This document shows positions 54,501-64,000 of a DNA stretch of 64,000 nucleotides, piece after piece (position 1 is the stretch's first letter; every line of letters starts with the position of its first letter). Source of the DNA: Adineta vaga (lineage: Eukaryota; Animalia; Rotifera); NCBI GenBank assembly GCA_021613535.1, contig CP075494.1, positions 9,052,001 through 9,116,000 of the forward strand. The letters are read 5' to 3'. Position numbers and translations under genes: made by a program. The notes under the pieces are model-generated. The model did not search any database, had not been told where the DNA came from, and saw nothing but the letters and a program-made list of their open reading frames with translations.

Positions 54501-57500
54501 GTCAGACATTTTTCAGTCAGAAATACAAATATCATAGAACAGATGGCATTAAATGATGAAATAGAACATTTGTTAATTATTATGTTTTCATCGAAGGTAA
54601 ATATCGATAATTTTACAACATGAGAAGACTTTTAAGAATGTCATCATGAATAAATGTACTCTTTTTTAAAACAATCAACTTATTGAGGTTTTCGAATATT
54701 TTCTAGAAGAAAAAAAATGTCTCCATAATGAAAAACGAGTTTTTCTATTATTAAAATAAAGCAATGCTCTGAGAGTTAATTCAAGCGAACACTCGTTACT
54801 GTTGAGTATAAAAGACACAGACGTTTGTTTATAATTGTTGAAGTCTAATAGAATTCTTTTTAACAATTCTTTGAACATATTTCTATTTCTCTAAGTGTCA
54901 TTTATTTGATCTGTTAAAACTTATACTTGGCATTATTAGTAGAACAATGAATGAAAGGTAAAAATCCTACAGTTTGAATTCTTATGTGGTTTTGAAATGT
55001 GATCTATCAATATTGTTGATTTTATCATCGTTTCCTATGATGAAAATCAAGAGAAAATGTCTCTTGTTCGATTCAGCTTACAAAATGCATAAAATATTTG
55101 TCTTTTCGTGATTAAAATACATGACAAATATATTTTCCAGAAGCGAATGCAACGTGTCAGATAACACAATCTTTCTATTAAATATTTTTCTTGCAATTAC
55201 TCAATGTCATTGTCTTATTGACTAGGAATAAATAAAAATAGAAGAGAAAAGCTTGTCAGACTAACATGTCTACTCTCTCCTTATTCTTGAATAGAACACA
55301 CATACATGTCAATTTTCTTGACATATTAGATTGCTTGAAAGCGTTAAGTCAGAGATCAATCCTGTTCACCAAAAGATAAACTTTAATACTTGAATATTGA
55401 TTTCATTTCATTGTTTTCAATCGATAGTTGCGTATGTATATTGCTCGATTTTGTCATTAGTCAAAGAAAACAAAAAAATAACTGTCTTGACATCCGAAGG
55501 TATTTGTCAAAATCTTTTATTCCTTCACCTTTTCTAGTTTATATGCTTACCAAAAGAAAGGAAGTTGCTTTTCAATAAATATTTATCCTTTGTAATATTT
55601 CCGTTTGACGGAAGTTCTTAATTCCAACGTTTAAAAAGGAATAGAATCAGTTACTACTTAGCTGTGATCATAGTCATGTGTAAATATTCTTTTTTGTTTA
55701 TTCAATAAATCAGATGATTTTTATCTTTATTATTAGCAAAGAGACGATCTCCTCAAGCTAATTCTATGCAATGGCCAATAGCAGTGACACGAGCACGTGA
55801 CAATGTATCGTATATGGGACGACGTCGAGCTTTGGATCTCGTTGGAACAAAAGATATACTTCTTATTCATGAACAAATGAAAAAAACCAAACCTTTTAGT
55901 AATTCAAGGAGCGTTCGTCTATTCGGGTGGGTGAATTTTAGGAATATATATATATATTATATTTAATTTTGTTTTTCTCCGAGGCAAATTTTTTTATTAA
56001 ATAATAAGAAAGAGAAAGAGAGAGGGAGCGCGCGAAAGAACACAATCTACTTTATTTAGTTTTATGCCCGCAAGTAATAAATAATCGTTCTATCAATTAC
56101 TAATCTATGAAAGTTATCTCATATGAACATCACATGTTTTCTTTTTTGATCTGATCATATAAAAGTCTAGAATCAAATAATGTGAACATATTGAATGTCA
56201 TATCATCATACGAATATAACTTGATACTTTCCTATATAACTTCTATCAAATCTATTAATAATTAATGCATAGAAGTCATCAGATATTCTTCGATGAAGTT
56301 CTTAACAGATTACAGATTCATTCTGATGAAATAATTATTATTAATATTCTATTGTTTCGATAGACATAGATCTTCAATTTCTTGGAGTATTCTTAATCTT
56401 TATAATCGATACATGATTCAATGTGTCATCCTTCATATTAGATAAAAATTTGTGTCTATTCAAAGGTTATTAGATTCCGCCGAGAGGTTAACATAGTCAT
56501 ATCAACATATAATAAGTGAAATGAAATAACATAAATAAACGATGAATGATTAATCTATGAACTATCATTGTAATTCGAGAATAATTATCTTCTTTGAACG
56601 ATTCTTTTCCATTTATTTGATGTTGCTTTTTTTGGATAAACGCTTACATCGAGATAATTGTATTAAAAGCCTTTTCCATTAGTAGAGAATTCAACTAGTA
56701 TTACTTCTAGTTCAAATCATTTTGATTGTTTCGCATATATGAAAACGTTTACTATCCATCCTCTTATCATTCGAAGATTCGCCTATCTCAATACTACAAG
56801 CTTTATGTTTACAACAAGCAATATTTATTTTGTTGTAATTAAGTAAATTTACTTTCATTTTGCTAAGTAATATAGAAAAGCATCAATGCATTACTATTCC
56901 AATGATTTTCTCTTCTAATGAGATATTCCTTGTTGATCGTAAACAAGAGAAAAGAAAACTATATAATGTTCTTTCATATCAATATTATGTATTAGTTAGT
57001 TAGGTTTTTTTTTCTTTCAATCTTTTTTTTTGCCATAAATATGCCGTGAAAATGACGTGTCATTACTTTTACACTAGAATCTCATAGGAATAACAATAAC
57101 AGATTTTAGTAACAAATCTTTTGTAAACGTTCGCAATCAACATGTGTTCTGTTGATACAAAGAAATCCGTATAATTATTTGATGAAAAAATAAGATAGAA
57201 TTCGTTTATGAACTGAACCATGAAATGACAAATCTTTTTTGTTTCGTTATGAAATTGTGTGATGATTACCCCTTGAGTATATGTTTCTTTTTATTAACTG
57301 ACATCAAGAAATTGTACTTAAATCACTTTCGTTATGGAAAATTATTTAATCGATATTAGATCAAAGAATAATTTTGGTCGATTTCGTTAATCATTCATAC
57401 ATTATGAATGATAAAGATGATGAAAATCTTCTATTCATTGTCATGTCATTTGTATTTTCTTTGTAAAAGAAAATCTCGAGGATTTTCTCTTTTCTTTTCT

Positions 57501-58120
57501 TCTTCGATGAGAGTCTTTGATTAATTATCAAATATACTATTCGAATAATCTGATCTTGTTCTTGTCTTTAGAATTGATCAGAAGATTCGTTGAGGATCAT
57601 CGATCATCTCCGGAAGATCAATCGAATAGAACAAGAAAAGTTTTCTTTTGCTTCTCTACTGCTATTTTTGATTAACTTTCATTTGACAATCAATTCTTTT
57701 CCTTCCACGCTAAGTAGTTGCCTTGTAAAGTAACAAAAATGACGAGAAAAATGCTGTTACATTTTCTCTTGTTTCTTTTCTTCTATACACTATAAAATTG
57801 ATCATCCTGCTCGTTATTCAGATCGACATTGAATGCTCATGTAAATCTTAGTTTCATTCTTGCGCTTAAGTTTTGTTGTTCATTCAATTCTGTTGGGGAA
57901 TCACGTCAAAATGAAGAAGGAGAGAGAAAGAGGGACAGAGGGAGAGAGAGAGAAAGGAGATTGGCTTTGTTCCGTTTTACATTTCCAACATGGTAGAAAA
58001 GGAGAAAAAAAAAGAAAGATTGTTGAACGCCTTTTCTCTTTCTCGTCAGCCAGACCGAGAGTAAAGTCGTGTATGTCAATAGCGTTTATTCTTCATTTTA
58101 CATCTAGCCGCCTTTTTTGC

Positions 58121-58152
<32 letters not shown>

Positions 58153-58280
58153 TCTTTTTTTCTTTCATTTTTTGTTGTATATGTGTGGTGTTGCTTACCA
58201 TTATATGACAACACCCATGTTTCCTTTGCACTGAACACGAGAAAATACGAGATAATCATATAAATATCAAGGCCTAAATC

Positions 58281-61200
58281 ATGGGCGATTTTAATAATGT
58301 CTCTGCCATGATCAGGGCCCTGAAAGAAGGTGGCAATTTGGCAGCATTGACCGGCGGTGATCCACATAATCTTCATTCTGGTCGATTCGGTGCATTCAAA
58401 GCTAAATTGAAAAATTATGCTCAAAAAATCAATGCGTCTAATCAACGATCATTATTTATATTTTCAAAAAATAATTGGATACGAAAACGAGCAAACGATG
58501 TCATCGAATGGAAGTAAGTCTTCAATCAAAGTTACGTTCTTTCTCGTTTACATGGAGAAAATTATTTTCATTTAGTCCATTTGAATATATGGTGCTATTA
58601 ACAATTATTGCTAATTGTATTGTTCTGGCACTTGAAGAACATTTACCAAATGAAGATAAAACTACATTAGCAAGATCATTGGTTTGTATCTATTGATAAA
58701 ATAAGAAGAAGAAAAAAGAGGCGTAACAAATGCAATTAATTTAACGAAAATCTTCTTTTTTTGTTCTAGGAAAAAACTGAAATTTATTTCATTGGAATTT
58801 TTTGTTTTGAAGCAGCATTGAAAATTATTGCATTAGGATTTGTTTTACATCGTGGTTCATACCTTCGAAGTCCTTGGAATGCCATGGATTTTGTTGTTGT
58901 CGTTACCGGGTATGAAAGGCTTTTTTGCTCATTAATTGATTTTCATTGATCTCCTTCTATTCATCTTGGTTAATTTAGTTTGGCAACGATTAGTATTAAA
59001 AAGAATACCTCATTTAATTTACGTACGTTGCGTGCGGTACGCGTTCTTCGACCACTTAAACTTGTCTCAGGCATTCCAAGTAATGACTCATCTTCATTAT
59101 AATTAATCCTTTCAAAAACTGTTTATCAATATAATGTAGGTCTTCAAGTGGTGCTTAAATCAATATTAAAAGCCATGGCTCCATTGTTTCAAATCGCTCT
59201 TCTAGTTCTTTTTGCTATTATCATCTTTGCTATCATTGGCCTTGAGCTGTATTCAGGCGTGTTTCATACAACATGTTTTTATGCAAATCGAACAGGTCAG
59301 TACTAGACAACAAAAATGATATGTTCAAGCATAAAACTATCGGAAATGAACTTATTTTGATATTCATCTACAGAATAGTTAGACGTTTTTTTCATCAGTT
59401 TTTCCTCTTCTTCTCCTCCCTCCTCCTCCTCACCGTGTTCCGGTTTGCACAACGGAAAACTATAGAATTAGAACAATTGCAGGATTTCTTTTTCCTTATA
59501 TAAAAACATCAATTATTATTCTTTTTGATAGAATTAGTTCGTTGCTATTTTTTTGTCCATGAACAATGAAAAATTTGAGTAGATGATGAATCATTTTATG
59601 CATCGATAAATCTCAATAATTGTCAGTTGGAAATAGATCATATCATGATGATTCACAACAAGCATTCATTATTATGGAAATCTATTCAAATGTTCAAAAT
59701 AAAGATTTGTTTCGTCAGTTTTACAATATCATATAGAAAGAGAAAGAAATGTAATTCAAAGTCATTTTTCTTAGAAAATCAATCGAGTAAATGTAATCGT
59801 GTGAAGTGCATGAAAGTTAGACGAAGAAAAAAAACGACGCACATGATTGAATTGATTGTCAAAATCAAACTCGAATCTTAGAATTGAAAGGAACAGATGA
59901 TGACACATTGAATATCAAACTGTTCGATCGAGCTATTTCCGCATGACTTCTGTTTGGTATGAACCAATAACAAATTTTTACAATGATTTTCTGCGAAAAA
60001 TTGTTAAGAAAGTTGTTTTCTCAAGAGAATTACTGAATCATCTATGTTTACATGAACTTCAATAGATAAAATAAAAGTACATTAAATTCTGTTATTGATT
60101 ATCTTCTTTTGTTTTTCAGCTGCAGACATCGATAGTGAAGAATGTAAGTGAATAGACAATTCATTTCTTTCATTATTAAACTTCCTTTGTTTTCATTCAT
60201 CTTTTATCAGTAATATTTAAAGGCGAGGACCAAATAGCCACAACATGTGGTATACCCGGGGGTAAATAAAAAAAGACGGATATTTGTTGTTTGTGATCGT
60301 TTTAAATACGTTCATTTATATTAGAACCCGTATGGGGTTGGTTAAATATGAAACATGGAGTGTTTACATGCAATATACCACATGAATCACTTGTTTGTCG
60401 AGAGCATTGGGTCGGTCCAAATCGAGGCATAACAAGTTTTGATAATATTGGTTTTGCTATGCTAACTGTCTTTCAATGTATAACGATGGAAGGATGGACA
60501 CAAGTGCTTTATTGGGTATGTAATCAATAATAAAAAAAGCTATAGAGATTCAATCTATTTTGAATATATATATATATGTATGTAGACAAATGATGCAGTA
60601 GGAACGTTATTTAATTGGCTTTATTTTGTTCCGTTAATTATTCTTGGCTCATTTTTTATGCTTAATCTTGTTCTTGGTGTGTTGAGCGGGTAATTATATA
60701 GAATAATTGAAATTTTTACATTAGTTGTATACATATATCTGTAGAGAGTTTGCCAAAGAAAGAGAACGTGTAGAAAATCGTCGAGCATTTGTGAAAATCC
60801 GTCGTCAACAACAAATTGAAAGAGAATATAATAATTATATTGAATGGATAAATCGAGCTGGTAGGATCAATATTTGTTCTATTCATTGTTTAGTTCTTTC
60901 TTCTTCTTGTTTTCTAGAAGATGTAATTCTAAATGAAGAAAGAACTACTGAACAAGAACGACGTGCAATACATGAAGGTACATGTCGACTTGTTTTTTGT
61001 TAGTTTTTCGTATGTTTTATTTTTGATTTCGTTTTTTTAGCTCGAAAATATGCAGCATTAAAAAAAGTGCGACATATCCGAACAGGAAAGCAACATAGTC
61101 TCGATGATGATGAAGAGGATATTGGTAAGTGTGGAAATAAGATCTGTTTATCCAGAAAAAATTAGATAGTATAGAAAAAGAAGTAAACTTTAACCTGAGA

Positions 61201-64000
61201 GACATTTTAGTCGATGTTAGAAAGAAGAAGAAAATCAACATTGAATGCTCAGAGCATTGTGTAGGAGGGGCCTTTTTTTCCATTTATTTAAACTCGATGA
61301 GAAAATAGAGTTTTTCTTTTAATACAGGACATAATGCATATTGCCTATGGGTATTTCGAGAAGAAGAAGAAAATGTCATCTCTTTGATCGCGTGGTTCAA
61401 ACTCACTCGTAATGAAAACTGACTAGGATTGATGGATTCAGATTCTATCTCTTCACTAAACTTCAATCCTCTCGGTCGAAGAGATTCATTGTCTTAATAA
61501 GAAGTCTAATTTGATTTATGTCACTTGAAAGAAAACGAGATATTCTTGCATGATATAGTTTACTTTAATTTCCTCGAAAACTGATTTAATTTTCTAGGTA
61601 TATAGATACGTCATTCTTCTATTTCCTAAAACTCTATCATTTCAAAAGACTACAAGAAAAAACACTTTGTACTCATTCGAGTGAGACTACTTAAATGAAG
61701 TTTGTTTGTAAAAGCAGTGAGTTATTTATATATCGATGTTTGCAATGACCTTGATACTTACTAATTAGTTGAACCACAATGAACACTATGTGTATGCTAA
61801 TATCGATAATGATAAGGCAATGACTCGATTAATTGTTCAAAAGATATGTTTTGCAATAAAATATATTTTCTATAGACAATGCATTTAATCGTGGTCGTAC
61901 GCCTGGTGTTGAACGACCAAGTCGACCACGAACCTTTACACATCGTTGGAATATTCAACAGCGTGTCATTAAGTAAGAAAAATGATTTTTGATTTCTTTT
62001 CTAACTAGATCTAATCTAATTATATAGGAGTAAAATTCGTATTTTGGTTAAAACACAAGCTTTTTATTGGACTGTTATTGTTCTCGTTTTTCTTAATTCC
62101 GCCTGTGTTGCTATTGAACATGATGGACAAAAACAATATTTAACGGAATTTTTATGTATGTCTAAATTTTCCATGTCATAATACCATTTATTCTTTTCTT
62201 TGCCAAAACAGATTATGCTGAATTTATGTTTCTTGGTTTATTCATTTTTGAAATGCTTTTTAAAATGTATGGTCTTGGTGTTAATCAATATTTTGCTTCG
62301 TCATTTAATATATTCGATTTTATTGTAAGTTTTCTCATTTTCGATTAATAATCATTGGAAATTTTTCGAATAATTTAGGTTATTATTGGTTCGATATTTG
62401 AAGTTATTTGGACACATTTCAATCCAGAAGAATCATTTGGTGTTTCAGTTTTACGTTCTTTACGTTTATTACGAATTTTTAAAGTTACTCGGTTAGTTGA
62501 TTGAAATAGATATGAATAATCCTTGAGAGAAAATACGAATCAAGAATCAAAAAGATTTTAGAACATTCTAGAAGAATAGTGAGAATATTTATAAATCGTT
62601 TTCTAAATGTTTTTTTTATTTTAGACATTGGGCTTCTCTTCGTAATTTAGTTGTCTCACTTTTAAGCAGTATGCGATCCATTGTTAGTTTACTCTTCTTA
62701 CTCTTTTTATTCATTCTCATATTTGCACTATTGGGTATGCAATTATTTGGTGGCGAGTAAGTTCTGCAGGGCTCCATTTCTTGTCAAAAATTTCTGTAAA
62801 TCTTTATTTAATAGATTCAGTTTTGAAGATGGTACGCCATTACAAAATTTTAATAAATTCGCTACTGCACTTATTACTGTCTTTCAAGTAAGAATTTTTC
62901 TATCCAATTCTTTCTTTCTTTCTTTTGTTCAACGGATGAAAAGCAAATTCATTTTGTATATATATAAATATATATTAGATTTTAACTGGTGAAGATTGGA
63001 ATGAAATTATGTACAATGGCATTTCTTCTCAAGGTGGAGCTAGTGGAAAAGGAATGGTCTATTCACTTTATTTTGTTATTCTCGTACTATTTGGCAATTG
63101 TAAGTTTGTTTTATTCTTCATTATTCGATTCTTATACATATATTTTGTTGTTAGATACATTACTGAATGTCTTTTTGGCTATTGCTGTTGATAATTTAGC
63201 TAATGCACACGAACTAACAAAAGATGAAGAAGAAGAACAAGCTGCTGAGGAAGAAGTATGAATCTAATCGTTTCAATTCTATTGAGAAATACTTTTGACA
63301 ACCAATTTTAGAAACGTCAACGGGAAACAAAAGATGTAGAATCAATGTTTAAACTAGGTGCCTCTCCAACTGATACAGCAACAACAAATACACCGAGTAC
63401 TAAACTAAAGAAGCCTGATCAAGAACCATTAATAAAGCGAAATAATCTTCAACAAACGACTAAAAAGACCAATGTTGAAAATACAGTGAAAACAGCTTTT
63501 GATATTCCACCAAATCAGCCTCCAAGCAATTCTAAAGCTGATGATTATCTAGATCGACAAATATTTCAAAAAGCAGACTTAGATTATATTCCTGGTTTGG
63601 ATTATGATCTTGGACCAGTTTTTATTCCAAGTAAAGATATTAGTTCTAGTGATAAAATTCTATTGATATTTAAAATTTATTTTTTCAGCATTGGACAGAT
63701 TACCAGGACTTAATGATCCAGAAGCAGCAAAAGCACGTGCTGAAGCAGCTGCTCGAAAAAGAGAAGCAGAAGCCGCTGCTGAAGCAGAAGCGAGGAAAAA
63801 AGAACAAGCTCGTGTAGTTAAACCCATTCTACCTGCAAGTTCAATGTTTATCTTCAGTAGTACTAATCCGTAAGTATGATAAATTAGATTTGAATTCGGA
63901 ATTCACTGTCTATAAATTTCTCTTTGACCTTATTCTTTCACATGGATTTTCTTAAGATAAGATCTATGTATGATCCGCAATATTCATTAACATTACTATA
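58281..64000 (+). CDS. Voltage-gated calcium channel alpha1 subunit, Cav2 type (repeats I, II and II-III linker; 3'-partial)
   Basis: [36 protein letters not shown]4 [29 protein letters not shown], pore [10 protein letters not shown], Cav2-like [12 protein letters not shown] and AID QQIERE, S4 [25 protein letters not shown], pore [43 protein letters not shown]. Confidence 0.95.

Overview
AT-rich eukaryotic genomic DNA with compact genes and many short (~50-70 nt) GT-AG introns. The gene content (orphan peptide-type GPCRs, ARM-TIR protein, F-box/LRR relic, Cav2 channel) and intron style point to an invertebrate, most plausibly a bdelloid rotifer (inference, not verified). About 19 genes and one pseudogene can be reconstructed by joining ORF fragments across introns: a 5'-partial ARM-TIR-SAM protein, PI4K type II, two class A GPCRs, a small single-pass membrane protein, a dual-specificity pseudophosphatase, an NDRG protein, RacGAP1, PP2A B'' subunit, a UBASH3/STS-type histidine phosphatase, a GH5 endoglycoceramidase, a sigma-class GST, an F-box pseudogene, THOC7-like, two tandem ZnT/SLC30 zinc transporters, DNAJC3, ATP6V0B, a coiled-coil protein and a 3'-partial Cav2 alpha1 subunit. 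The most notable observations are: a SARM1-like but domain-shuffled ARM-TIR-SAM candidate NADase; a ~600 bp gene-conversion tract between otherwise diverged ZnT paralogs, one of which has lost Zn-binding motifs; a structured GC-rich insert in a PI4K intron; and an operon-like or shared-first-exon arrangement of the histidine phosphatase and PPP2R3 genes. No rRNA, tRNA, CRISPR array or intact transposon was recognised. Exon boundaries were read by eye and may be off by a few bases.
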